DNA of 64,000 bases from the human T2T-CHM13v2.0 reference genome, Homo sapiens. Shown piece by piece: positions 25,522 to 39,540 of this stretch. The stretch lies in the NCBI RefSeq assembly GCF_009914755.1, contig NC_060930.1, one strand, 5' to 3'. The translations under genes were made by a program, and so were the position numbers. The notes under the pieces were generated by a model, which was not told where the DNA came from, made no database searches, and was given only the letters and a program-made list of their open reading frames with translations. Position 1 is the stretch's first letter, and each line of letters starts with the position of its first letter.

Positions 25522-26013
25522 CTTGCATCTCTCTTTAGGGCCTTTGTAGGATCTGGAATTGTAGCAGCAACATCAGATCAAACCCACTGGGAGCTATTTG
25601 TGCAGATATTTCTGTCAAGACCTGCTGCTCCTGGCACTTCCTGGGGCCTCCAGGGCTTCCTGCATGTTCCTGATTGACAGACATGGAGGGTTATTTTCTT
25701 TTCTAGCATGAGCCTGGAGGCTGTGGTATCCTGGGGTCATCTTGGGTCTTCAAAGCTGGGCTTCCTGGGATGAAGAGAGGATGGATGAGAAGATGGGCAC
25801 AATCTTCAGATCCTGAACAGATCTGGGTCCTCCTTCCTGAGACAGGAGCAGAGGAAGGGGACACAGCCCTGCTGAAGCTGCAGGTTCCGCAGCAGATTCA
25901 GCCTTGGGGCAACTTCCCAAGGAATGATGGTATAGGGATAGCAGGCAGGTTTCCCAGACACTCAAGCATCCCACCCAGGCGCCAACAGGGGGTGTCCTCT
26001 GGGTGGTCTTGGT
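25522..26013 (-). pseudogene. Candidate exon, 492 nt
   Basis: Strong acceptor ctcacctttacttttcag|, donor AAG|gtacaa. Phase 2-2 with 4 stops, all TGA. GC-rich, so other frames are also stop-poor. Confidence 0.45.
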
Positions 26014-26179
26014 CTGAAAAGTAAAGGTGAGTGCAAACGCCAAGATGCTGGATAGGACATTCAGAGTGTCCCAAGAGACTGAGGGCTGCTTCTTTTGCAG
26101 AGGAGTCTTTCCCTTCACAACCAGATTTGTGTCAACGGTGAGCGGGCCCTCTGCAGTCCATTTAGAAAATTACTCATAC

Positions 26180-26284
26180 GGTCCTCTTTGTCCTCTTTCC
26201 ATTCCTTGTGTCCTGACAACTCTTCACGACCCCCAGTTATTCTTTGGAAATGTTTCTTGGATCTCTCCTGGTCTTTTTCTTCAT
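26180..26284 (-). pseudogene. Candidate exon, 105 nt
   Basis: cctcacattgcag|...ACC|gtatga; symmetric and purine-rich. The acceptor resembles a MIR core, so this is uncertain. Confidence 0.3.
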
Positions 26285-26429
26285 CTGCAATGTGAGGATA
26301 ATGATGATAACACCTTTGCAGGTGCTTAACACAACCCATAAATGGCTGAGCTGAGCTTCAGTCCATGCTTTGGGTCCCCAGACTGTGCTACTTCCAAAAC
26401 CAGGCTTGTCTCCTCAAAAAGACAGTTGC

Positions 26430-26940
<511 letters not shown>

Positions 26941-27582
26941 TTAGTTGGAGGTAGCCAGGCTGGGTTCCCTCCTGTGCTTGAGAGTGTGCTCCCATTGACA
27001 TGTCCACCACTGTGGTTTCTAGGAGCTGCTCTGTGGATAGTGTATGTGTATCCCAGCCTCTTCTCCATCTTTCTCACCCCTCCTCCTCTTCCTCTTTGAT
27101 AGTCTGAGTTCCAGGTCCACATGTGGTTCATTTAGTTATTTTTCAAAAAATTTCCTGGCCAGAGGATTTCAGCTTCCAGGAAGGCTCTCCCGGCAGAGCG
27201 TGGGAGTCTGAAGCTGCCCCGGGGGGGCCTTCTTGTGGTCAGGCTGTCTGCTCTCTCCACTCCTGGACACTATTTGTCTTTGACTCACCTCTTCTTCCAC
27301 TATGAGTTATTCTTGCCTTGACCAGCCAGACCATGTGGGGAGAAGTCTTGGAGAAGCCCACAGCTTCAAGTTAGCTGGAAGGACACCTCGAGAGGACCTT
27401 AGGTGTGACCTCGACCAAGATCCCCTCAATACCAGCCCTGTTCCTGCACCTGCCCAAACCCAAAGGTTGAGCTGGGTCTGAGCTTCCACACTGATTTGTA
27501 ACCCATTTCACCTTCTGATAAATATAAAAATTCCACGACTCCTTCTTCTGCCACCCGAAGATAATCTGAACAACTCCAATGA

Positions 27583-27926
<344 letters not shown>

Positions 27927-28976
27927 TACCTGGCCTCATTTAACCCTATAGACAGACTCTAGGCACATGACCCCCAGCCAAGAAGATTTTGTAGAGCTGT
28001 CCTTTCTGCCTCTTAATTTATAAAACTAATAGGGAGGGACCCTTTTATTTTCCAATAGGAAGTAATATTAGGATGTTTAATGAGTGTTACTGGAAGGGAC
28101 AGGTGTTCTTCCCTCACCCCGTGCCCCCTCTTCCTAGAGAAATACACATAAGGAAGCCAGAGGAATGGAGGAGGCCCTGGGTCATGTGACAGGCAGAGAA
28201 GAGCCCAGAGCCTTATGATCCCAGAAGCTGTGCTGGGCACAGCCAGCTTGGCCAGGGAAAGGCCTGGCCCTCTCAAAAGAGGTCTTCTCACAGAATCCAA
28301 GGCCTATACACCTCCTTTCCCCACTCCTTCCTTCTCCACCCCTCCCCAGGGGGGCCAGAAGGAGCAGAGGGAGCCCAAGACTCCTCATGGGGGGTTAAGA
28401 AAATGAAGAGGCTGGACTGTGGGGGAAGGAACAAAGAGCTAAAGGCACCGTGAAGCCAAGGAGGGAGGGTGAGTGTCTTCCACACTCCTGTGGACTGTGT
28501 TCAGGACAGATGCTAAGACACAACTTCGAAGTGAAAACTGGTGCATTTGGTTTAAGACTCCCTGTATAAGAGTGACTGAGTAACCACAGCAGGGCTGATA
28601 TATCCCTTGTAATGTCATAGCCTATGATTACATGTTTTTCACACCATGTTTTATTCCTCACCCCAAATACTGGTGGTTTCAACATGCCTGTTCCTCCCTC
28701 CCCACAAATCACACAAAAATCCAGCAACTCTGACAGTCTTTGTTCTATGATCCTTGAGAAAGTCCTACGTTTCCAATGTCAACTGCTCAACCACATCATG
28801 GCCTTGATTTCCCCAGAATTGTACAGATGAGAAGCACATCTAGATCCTCCTGCCTGCATCCCTCACTCTTGAAGCTCTCCCTTCCACAACACTGGCAGTG
28901 GTCTTCCAAGGAACCCCAGCTCCGTGGCTCCCAGGCTCTGAGTGGGCTTGCTGCTGGAGAAGTTGCTAACCCTGTG

Positions 28977-29480
28977 TGTGATGGTGAATTTTATGTGTCA
29001 ATTTTCCTGGGCCGTGGAGTGTCAGACATTTAGTCAAATACTATTCTGAGTGTGTCTGTGAGGGCATTTCTGCATGAGATTATGTTTTGAATCAGTAGAC
29101 TGAGTAAAGCAGATGGCCTTGCCTAATGTCCGTGGGCCTCATCCAATCAGCTAAAGGCCTGAATAGAACAAAAAGGCCAAGTGAGAGGGAACTCCTCCTG
29201 CCTGACAGCTTTGAGCTGGGAAGTCAGTCTCTTTTGGCCCTTGGAACTCGAACTGAAACATCAACTCTTCTCCAGTGTCAAGCCTGCTGGCTTTTGGACT
29301 GGAACTTACACCATCAGCTCTCCTGAGTCTCCAGCATGCTCACTGTAGATCTTGGGACTTAGCCTCCATAATCATATGAGCAATTCCTTATAATCTCTCT
29401 CTGTCTCTCCCCTGCTCCTTTACACATGCACATGCACACACTGTTGCTTCTGTTACTTTGGAAACTCCTGACTGATATAC
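28977..29480 (+). mobile_element. MLT2 (ERVL) solo LTR, MLT2D-like
   Basis: Begins tgtgatggtgaattttatgtgtcaa, ends ctgactgatatac. Confidence 0.85.
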
Positions 29481-29749
29481 CATGATTCTTACAACTTGAG
29501 TTTCACCCTGCCTTGTGCCTGGACCCCACTCATACACATTCCTCTTCTCTGCACCTTTACCACGAGTCACACAGCCTCTGTTCTTCCTGCTTCCCACTGG
29601 CCAAAGCCTTCTACAGAGGCCAACAGAAACCAAAAGACCCCCGCTCACACTCTGTCTCTGGGTTGGAGTCCCTGCTCCACAAATGAGCCTTCCACCCTCC
29701 CAGTCCAGGGCCTTCCCACTGATGAAAGTGAAAATCTGAAAGGAGATAA

Positions 29750-30580
29750 GTATTTGGACAACAAAATAAATAGCACAGTATTGGATTATAAGCCAAAGTC
29801 TAATATAAATATCCACGAGTCCGTACTGATATAAATACATGACAGAATAAACAAATAACTGTGGAGAAGAGACCCATCTTCTGCAGAGGAATTCCAAATC
29901 CTGTGTAGATACTTCCTCCACGAGGACAAGGAGCTCCCTCTTCCTTGAGTGGAGACTGCACATAGCCACTCGCTTCCAAAGAATAGAGTGTGGTGAGGGT
30001 AAGGGATGCAGGGAATTGCTTTACAGCAGAGAATTACAAGTCACCTGGCAAACACTACCTTGGCCAGGTGATCAAGTGACATCAGCAGTGATAAGTCCTG
30101 TTCATAGCATGTACTCCCTGGTATGGTACAAAGAGAAGGGTGCTTCACCTCTGTGGTTGTCACCTAAACCCATAACTCTAGTCTAATCAAGAGAATATGT
30201 CACACCCAAATTGAGGGGTGTATTGCAAAACACCTGGCCAGTACTCTTCAAGGTCGTGAAAAACAAAGAAAGACTGAGAAATGGTCAGCCAAGAAGAGCT
30301 CAGGGAGACATGATGACTAAATGTAACATGATATTCTGGATGGGATCCTGGAACAGAAAAAGGATATTAGTTAAAAAAAATTGTGTGAAATCCAAATGGA
30401 GTCTGGAGTTTAGTTAATAGTAATGGACCCATGTTTCTTAGTTTTGACAATTGTACCGGGGAAACGTAAAATGATAACACCAGGGGAAACTGAAACTGGG
30501 TGACAGGCATACAGGAACACTCTGCACATCGTTGCAGACTTTTGGTGAATCTAAAATTGTTCCAAAATAAAGAGTTCATT
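29750..30580 (+). mobile_element. L1MC-like 3' end
   Basis: cagtattggattataa...gatgggatcctggaacagaaaaagga...tctaaaattgttccaaaataaaag. Confidence 0.8.
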
Positions 30581-30847
30581 TTAAAAGATGAGGTAGGCTA
30601 AACTAGAATATTTCTTTCTTTTGTGTGCATGTGTTATTATGCAATTGACATATAAATACATTGTGCAGGATTCAGACAAACAGAAGTTTACAGAACAAAA
30701 CCAGGAAGTCTCCATCTCTCCTCTACCCCTGCCTTCCATTTACCTCCTCAGAGCTAATAATGTTCATTATGGCTCAAACCGGGAAACTGCTTACTATGTG
30801 CCAGGTTTTGCTAGAAATGCTTTGCCAAAACTGAGTGACTGAACTTA

Positions 30848-31273
<426 letters not shown>

Positions 31274-31353
31274 GGCCCAGGTGAGTGAGTGCCAGTATTC
31301 ATGCTTTAACCACCAAGAGAGGAGGCACCACTTCCGCTTTTGGGCACAATCCT

Positions 31354-31387
<34 letters not shown>

Positions 31388-31510
31388 TCCGTTTTATTGG
31401 GACTAACATCCATGTTGTTGTGCAACTTACTTTTCATTCTTAACACATCTCAATGCACCTTTCATGTCAGTATCTAGGGCCTACCACCATTGTTCTTAAT
31501 TGTTCTATGC

Positions 31511-31710
31511 CAGTGCCTCTCAGCCAGGGGTGCTTTTGACCCCAGGGAACAGCTGACAAAGTCTGCAGACATTTTTGTTTGTCACAGATGGGACAGGGGA
31601 TGCTACTGGCATCTGGTAGGTGGAGGTCAGGGATGCTGTTGAACATCCTACAATGCACAGGGCAGCCCCTAACAAAGAATGATCTGATTCAAAATGTCAA
31701 TGGTGCAGCA
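31511..31710 (+). mobile_element. MER20
   Basis: gctactggcatctggtagg...agggatgctgttgaacatcctacaatgcacagg. Confidence 0.85.
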
Positions 31711-32099
31711 TGGTATCCTGTGGCAAAACTAGAAGATTCCTAAGCACCTTCTAGTTCTCACATGCCACAAGGATGTGTCACGCAGGGCCTTTCCCTCTCC
31801 CTCCCAGCTCTCTATGCTCAGTCCGTTTTCATCCCTTCCTGCCATGCACTCACCTCCTCAGCTCTCCTCCCAGCACACTCTTGTGTCTGGAAGCCACACT
31901 TTGCGGCATCTCCTGTTATCGCTCTTTTTTCACCTTGCAGATGCCATATTGTTCCTCGATGAATTGTCCCTGGAGAGCAATAATGGTATCCACTTCTGTA
32001 ACATCCTCAGGGCCCAGCATGCTGTGCTCGGTGGGCAAATCGGAAATTACATCACTCCCATTCAGAAAGAAGTCTAACCATTCAAGATGATATTTGTAC

Positions 32100-32285
32100 C
32101 CCAGGGCCTCTTAGCCCTGGCTGCACAGTAGAATCACCTGGGGAACTCTAAGTAAACACAGATGTCCCAGCCCCTTCCCAGACACCCATTGAATCACAAC
32201 CTCTTGGGTAAATTCTGCACATCAACATCTTTTAAAACTTCCCTCGCTGATTCCAACGCCCAGTCAGGGAAGAGAACCACCACGC
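32100..32285. mobile_element. MER5-family MITE
   Basis: ctgcacagtagaatcacctgggga...gagaaccac. Confidence 0.7.
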
Positions 32286-32408
32286 TAGTCAGTTACTGCT
32301 GCAGAGTTATCACAAACATCTGAACCGAATTCTCACAGTTCTTGAGATAGAGCCTGGTGATAAATTCCTGTCAAAGGAAGGGTCACGTCTAATTTCTGTT
32401 CTCTAATC

Positions 32409-32578
32409 CAGGGCTTCGCTCACTCTAACGGGCACATGAATCACCTGGGATCGTGATAAAATGCAGATTTGGGTTCAGAACGTCTGAAGTGGGGCCGGAG
32501 GTGCCGCATTTCTAACAAGCGTCCTGGGCTGCTGCTACTGCCGCTGGTCCCGGGACCGCATTGTGAGCAGCAAGGCTT
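32409..32578. mobile_element. MER5A, CpG-retaining copy
   Basis: gaatcacctggg...aaaatgcagatt...gcatttctaacaagc...gctggtcccgggacc. Confidence 0.8.
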
Positions 32579-35367
32579 GGAATGTTGCTTCAGGGTGTAG
32601 GGGCCTTCGGGCTCTTTCCCAAACTTAGGCTCCGAAATGTTTGCTTGTTACTTAGCCAGGCAGGCACCCGGGTCATCCTCTTGGGAAACAGCTTCAGTGC
32701 AGGTGAGCTGAAACAAAAGCTCTGAAGAGAAATGGTAAATGTTTACTGGGAGTTAGGAAAAAACAAACAAACAAACAAAACAAAGAAAGAAGCAGAGGAA
32801 TGCGACAACTCCTAAAACTTAGAAATAAAAAGATAAAACCCCAGAACTTCAGGGCGCCTTCCAGTTTTAACAGTCTTGGTTTGATGTCCATTAGAATGTC
32901 AGCTAAGATCCATCAAGGCCGCAATTTCCTCCCACAGACTTGGGACCTCATTTTTGCTGCTTGAGCCGCACTCTGTTCTCCATCAGTGGGATTTACGCAT
33001 ATGGAACCGAGTGTGGAATTGGGCCCATTACATTTAACTTCCTATATCTGACATATTTAATACCTACTTTTCAAATAAATGAAATCCCTGTTTAGTGCCG
33101 GCCTGGAAAGGTGCAGTTGGTTAAGGAATTTTTCATGGGCCTGCGCAAGGCGACTCTGTCAAACCCGGCAGCCTCTTGAAGAGGGTGCAGTGACCGGGGT
33201 CTCTCAGAAATGGGGGGACAAGGTTATAGAATAATGGAACAGCTGTTACAATAAATGGGCAAATGCATTTTTTTAAAAAAGTCTTAAGAGCTGCTTTGTG
33301 TGCAGAATTATAATCACACATAAAAATGTGTGTGTCTCAGAATTGGGGAAGGAGAAGCTCTCAGAAGGCATCAGTTCTAAGAATCTGCTTTCATTATGTG
33401 CCATTCCAGAGGGATGAATGGACCTTGACTCTGTGAAGTATAATAGCAAAGTCACAACTTGGCCTAGCTTTCACTTAGCCTCCACATCCTCTCAAACAAC
33501 AGCAAAGGGGGCTGGGGCTTGGAAGGGGGCAGCCAAGGCTAGGGGGTGATACCTACTCTCACTCCACCCTTACCAACCAGCTACCTGGTGGGACATGTCG
33601 AGGTGAACATGCCACAGGGCATCTGAACTGGGCCAGAGCTGGAACTCCAGAAGCTGGAGCTTCTGGGGTGAAGCTTGGGGCAACCCCACACCCTGTCTTC
33701 TACCCTAAGGATCCATTTGCAAGAGTTTCTATGCACAGCGTCCTTGGTTTGGGGCTAATGGAGAAGTGGTACGTGTGTGAGTCAAGGGGTACCTAAAGAA
33801 GAGAGAAACATAAAGATAATGCAGAGGATAGTGTGTGTTCCCTAGTCTCAATGGAGAAATAGAGAGAAGTTCTTTTCACGAGCTGCCCTCTGAGCTTCCA
33901 GGGTCCAAATACTGCTGCTTTGCAACCCAATGACAGGATGGCAGCGGGGGCCAGCTACTTTCCCTTCTTGCTGACAAAACCCAGGCTCTCTGTCTTGTCA
34001 CTGTCCTCAGTTTTAGAGTATGTGTCACTGGGTGTTGGTGTCACTGGACTTTGGGTCCTGGAACTGGCTGAGTGGAGATGAGGTGGGGGTGCCATTAAGT
34101 GTGCAGGTGGGGTGGGGACTGTGTGTGTAAAATTCTTTTCTCTATTCTATAGGATTCCCCTTTGGCTACTCATCTCAGTCCTGCACCCTCCAGAGCTTCA
34201 AGGAGCAGAATACTTAGAAAAGCAAAAAAGGGAATCTGGGAAACAAACAACAACAACAAAAAACCCACACAGTTGTTATGATGGGGTTTTTTTTTTGTAA
34301 ATGTCTTCAAAATCTCAGTTCAGGTTCAGGGCTCAGCTCACCTGCCATCCAGGCTGGTTCTCTCAGTTCACTCAAGCCTATGTCATGCTGTGGCCACCTG
34401 GATGTGAGTATTCAACCAGGACTGGTCCCATCCCTGTTCCTTCTGCTACCGGGGCCATCTGAGCTGCTCCTCACCCGGAGACAGAATGGATGCAGTGCCT
34501 CTCTGCACCCCCAGCCCCACCCCCAGCTCAGCCCGACACAATAACAAACAGCCCTGTGAAAAGCACTTACATTTATGAACTGTTTATAAATTTACCGACA
34601 TTGATTTATGACTCTTGGCTAGACCTGATGTGAGTCTCTTTAGGGGTATTTCTTCCTTTCTTTCTTTCTCTCTTTGAATTTTTTTTTTAAGTGTTAATGT
34701 TACGGTTCACATTCTTAATATAGCCACACGCCAGGAACTATCCGGAAGACAGCTGGGAGCCCGACCAATGACCCATGGGCAGGAACCTAGACTTGATTTA
34801 TGCCGGGGCTGTGGCTGGTGGAGAAAGCTGTTTCTGGTTGGTTCGGGGACAGGCTGTTCTTTCAGAAGAAGACCCCTAAGAGAATGCCTCAGCTCTGAGG
34901 GGCAGTTGCAAGAAGCAGGAAGAGGGCAAACTGGATTTGGAACTGTGTGAACCTCACTGCTTCCTAGATATGTGACTTGAGACACCCTGAGCCCCAGTTT
35001 CCTCATCTAGGTAATAGGGATAATAAAACTGACCCTGAGTGGCAGCTACAAGAGTTAATGGGGCCCTATTGGTAAAATACTTAAATGTGGCTTCCCCATA
35101 GTAGGTGCTCAGTAAATGATGATGAGGACTTTCCAAAGCTTGATCAACAGTGATTATTTATTAGCCAGTTTTGTATACAGTTTGGAATGGAAATGTGCCA
35201 CTAGCCTCTTCAATGAAGTTATAGTCAGGCTACCCACACAGAGCCCAGACTCCCTTTCTCAGCCATGAAAAACGCTGGAGGGGCCTGGAGGAAAGTATGA
35301 ATGAAGAGCTCCTCCCTGCCGCTGCTCTGCCTGTCACTGCACACACGAAGAAAATTGGTATCACTCT

Positions 35368-35602
35368 GGCCAGGTGCGGTGGCTCACACCTATAATCCTA
35401 GCACTTTCAGAGGCCGAGGCGGACAGGATTACTTGAGCGCAGGAGTTCGAGACCAGCCTGGGCAACATGGTGAACCCCTGGTGGCATGCACCTGTGGGAG
35501 GATGACGCAGGAGAAGCACTTGAGCCTGGGAGGCAGAGGTTGTCGTGAGCCGAGACTGCACCACTGCACTCCAGCCTGGGTGACACAGCAAGATCCTGCC
35601 TC

Positions 35603-35633
<31 letters not shown>

Positions 35634-35740
35634 AAGAAAGAAAAAGAAGAAGAAGAAAAAAGAAAGAAAGTAAGGGAAGGAAGGAAGGGAGGGAGGGATG
35701 GAAGGAAGGAAGAAAGAAAAACAAAGGAAGAGGAAGGAAG
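35368..35740 (+). mobile_element. AluJ with internal deletion of the A-rich linker and an expanded purine tail
   Basis: gtgaacccc|tggtggcatgc junction; TSD aagaaaattggtatcactct / aagaaaaattagtattactct. Confidence 0.88.
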
Positions 35741-35829
35741 AAAAAATTAGTATTACTCTCATTGTGTCACTAACTTTAATTACTACCTATATTATTATCT
35801 ATGACTGTCTTTGTTAAGGAAAGAAGGAA

Positions 35830-36030
35830 CTAACATTTATTGAACACCTTCAGTTGTCAAGAACTTGGCAGGACTTATTTTAAGTCTCATATAACCCTCT
35901 GAAGTGGGTGTTGTTATTCCTATTTTACAGATAAAGAAACTGAAATTCAGAGAGATTAAAGTAATTTTCCCATGATCCCACAGCTGGTAAGTGGCTGAGA
36001 TAAGACAGAAACCCAGCCTCACTCCTAAAC
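35830..36030 (-). mobile_element. MIR
   Basis: cctattttacagataaagaaactga core. Confidence 0.8.
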
Positions 36031-36337
36031 AACCCATTTCCCCCAAAACTCTTATCTACCTTATCTACCTACCTACCTACCTAAAAAAACAAAACAAACC
36101 CCTGAAATCCTGACTGAGGGCCTGAGAACCTCATGGTGAGGTGTGAAAACCCGTGCAGAGCACAGCATGTCCTGTGACATGAATATCAAGGAATGTCCCC
36201 AGGCAACCCGTGCCTGCTCAGCCGCTGTAATTGAGACAGACCCCACCTCTTGCGACAGAGCCTTTCTGGGTCTAAAAGAAGCAGGAACAACAAAGAAGCA
36301 AACAACTGGGGCTCGAGTCTACCCGCAGGGACGCCCG

Positions 36338-36356
36338 CAGACACCAGGTGGCGCCC
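36338..36356 (+). promoter_or_regulatory. Candidate CTCF site
   Basis: cagacaccaggtggcgccc matches the CTCF core CCACCAG(G/A)(G/T)GGCGC at all but the first C, within a local CpG cluster. Confidence 0.6.
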
Positions 36357-37690
36357 GAGTCTGGCCGAACGCTGAGCTCCCCTCGGTCTGATTTCTGAGG
36401 GGACACAGCGTCCACCGACTGTCAAATAGAGTGGGTGGAGGTGATGGCCAGCCAAAGAGAGGTGTCCTAGCTATGGTTGGGTGGCCTGTGGGGGAGATGC
36501 TACGTGAGGGTGCCCTATCCAAACACTGAGCACCGAGGGGTGATCCTGATGTCCACCACAGTGACCCGGGGAGGAGTTGTGAGCTCATGGTCCCAGGGTC
36601 CTGCCATGCAGGCACCAGGGACAGAAGACGGAAGTGGGGGTTCCTTCAGTTCCTCCAAGAGAGCCGTTTTCCATTCCCCGGCAGAGGCCACCTCGGCCCC
36701 TCCGCAGCTCTGTGCTTGGCCTGGGTGGACCCCGACCAGTGGATGTGGTTGAGCAGGAGGAGTCCTTAGACCCCAGCTTCTGGTCACAGGGGAAAGGAGT
36801 CTCCCGCATTGGGGATCCCCATCCCCCTGGAAGCCAGGCCCTTCTGTCCAGGGCCCTGTGCCTTCTCTTACTGTGGACTGAGCCTCCACTCTTGGTTTCC
36901 ACTTGGTAGAATGTCTGGATGAAAACAATCACACTTGGATTCCAGGTGACACAGACATGCCCAAAACCCTGGTGACATAGCTCAAGCAGAAAAAGGGACG
37001 ACTTGATGTAGCAGTCTCCTACCTTTGTCTGCCCCACCTCCTAATTACCGGGACCATCTCAGTCTTTCCAGGACTTGCCAATTTCATACATCCCAGTTTT
37101 TCTTATAAGTCATTGAAAATAGTCTGGAAAGCCCAATATTCAATGTGGCATCTCCCAAACAGCTTCTCTCAGCCAGAAGTGGGACAGAACTCTAAAAGTG
37201 CTGGGGTTTGGTTTACATACTAAGGTCACCCATGGCCTATCCTATATTCCTAAGGTGAGGCTGTTGGAAGGGGAGAGGCTCCTTCTACCCACGCAGAGCA
37301 ACATGGAAAGGCAGCCACCTGCCCCCTCAGCTTGCAGCCTGGAGGCCTTTGCGTTCCTCTCCATTTATATGTCCTGGATTCCAGAGCCAAAATCTTCTAC
37401 GCCCATAGACAGAGAGTAGGTTCATTCAGAGGCTCATTAATTACATGGCTAAGAGAAGGAAGGGGAAGAAAAGACTCATGAAAATGTTCATTTAAACTTA
37501 ATTGCTGCCCATGCTCTTGCTAATTGAAGTAGCTCCGTTGCATTTCACTTATGTACCTGAGTGTATTTAAAATGGGATATTGCACAGTATAAACTAAGCC
37601 ACATCACAAACTAACGATCTGGAAAATCTCAGTTAAATAAACAAAGCTGGCTTTAAGTTACACAGGAGAAACATGTAGTCTCCCGTGCGT

Positions 37691-37722
<32 letters not shown>

Positions 37723-38560
37723 ACATACAGCCAAAGCACCAGGATCTCAGACCTTCGGTTCATATCTTCTCCTTCATAGTTCAAATTAAACACAGTCTTA
37801 GTCTCTTGCTCTCTCTTTTCCTCTCTCTTTCCCTTATTAAATTTATTTTTAACAGTACCTTAAAAAAATAAACTCACCCCTCTGTGCCACTCCTATGCCA
37901 GGTGCAGCCAGGGGCAAATTTTTACAGCTGAATTACATGACCTGAAAAATACGGAGCACATAATGAGAACATTGAGAGACCCCATCTCTAGCACCGGGCC
38001 AGTGCTGGTGTAATAACATTCCTGGAGAGAGCAGTAGCCGGGGCAGCTGTGGAGTCAGGCTGAAGCCCTTACTCAGCATGAGGAATTATATATATCTTGG
38101 AACTCTTTCCTGAACCTAAACATTATTGCTGAGAAAGGGATAACAGTGTGAGTGGCCATCGCTCGCCAGCCAGGGCTCACACACTGCTTCGAATGTGAGT
38201 TTCCTCCCAAGGCTGAGGGGAAACGTTCCAGACCCAACTTTGCCTAGGGCAGGGATGAGGATGGGGCTGAAGGCCTGGGAAGTCTTTGACTCTGGAGTGG
38301 TGTTGACATGGCAGTCGGATAAAGCTTGGCACTCCACAAGCCCAGGCTCCGTCGCCCAAGGACCTCTAGGAGGTGTTGTGGGCTGCTTAAAAGTCTAAGT
38401 CTACTTCCCTGTAACAGCTCCCTGGGCATTATCCTGGAACTCCCCAGTTATCTGGACTCAGACCAGAGCCCCTCAACCTCAGCTGTCTGCAGCCATGGCA
38501 AGAGTGAGGGAGGGCAAAGCTGTTGAGCTACAGGAATCACAGCAACAAAGATGGCTCTTA

Positions 38561-38845
38561 GGCTGGGCACAGTGGCTCATGCCTGTGATCCCGGCACTTT
38601 GGGAGGCCAAGGCAGGTGATTGCTTGAGCTCAGGGGTTTGAGACCAGCCTGGGCAACATGGCAAAACCCCATCTCTACAAAAAATACAAAAATTAGCTGG
38701 ACATGGTGGTGTGTGCCTACAGTCCCAGCTACTCGGGAGGTTTAGGTGGGAGGATCACTTGAGCCTGGGAGGTGGAAGTTGCAGTGAGCCGCGATTGTGC
38801 CACTGCACTCCAGCCTGGGTGACAGAGTAAGATTCTGTCTCAAAA

Positions 38846-38878
<33 letters not shown>
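38561..38878 (+). mobile_element. AluJ
   Basis: TSD aaagatgg(ct/cc)ctta. Confidence 0.92.
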
Positions 38879-38880
<2 letters not shown>

Positions 38881-38909
38881 TGGCCCTTAAAAGGTGACCA
38901 TCCTAGATA

Positions 38910-39540
38910 GAATTTTTTTTTGAGGTACAATTCACATAGCATAAAATTGACCATTAACTAATTTAAAGTGAACAATTCAATGGCATTTAGTGCACTCATA
39001 ATGTCATGTAACCATCACCTCTACCTAGTTCTACCCAAAAGGAAACCTTGTACTCCTTAAGCAGTCACTCTCCTTTCTCCTGTCCACCCAGCCCCTGGCA
39101 ACTGCCAGTCTATTTCTGTCTCTATGAATTTACCTCTTCTGGATATTTCATACAAATGGAATCATACAAGACATAAGTAAAATATAGATTTTTAACTCTT
39201 TTATTGGTATATAATATGTATAAAGTACACAAACACTACAGTTGGACAAATTTCTGTAAACAGAACACATCCAAGTAACTACTGCCTAAATCAAGAAATA
39301 GAGCATTACATGCACCCAGAAACTCCACCATACTACCTCCTAGCCCTATTTCCCCCAGAGAACCACTCTCCTAACTTCTGTATCATGGATTACTTTTACC
39401 TTCTTTCCTACCATTATGTCTGATTGCAGTTTGCTCATTTTTCATTGCTGTATAGTATTCCAACATCTGATGACACCACAATTTATATATCCATTGGACT
39501 GTTCATAGATATTTTGGGTAGTTTCCACTTCCAAGCTGTT
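38910..39540 (-). mobile_element. L1MB and L1ME 3' fragments
   Basis: tgaggtacaattcacatagcataaaatt...ggatatttcatacaaatggaatcataca. Confidence 0.75.

Noticed and set aside
27289-27374. Consensus minus-strand donor GAG|gtgagt at 27288
   Set aside because: Acceptor and frame are ambiguous, so it was left out of the model, though it may be an upstream exon.
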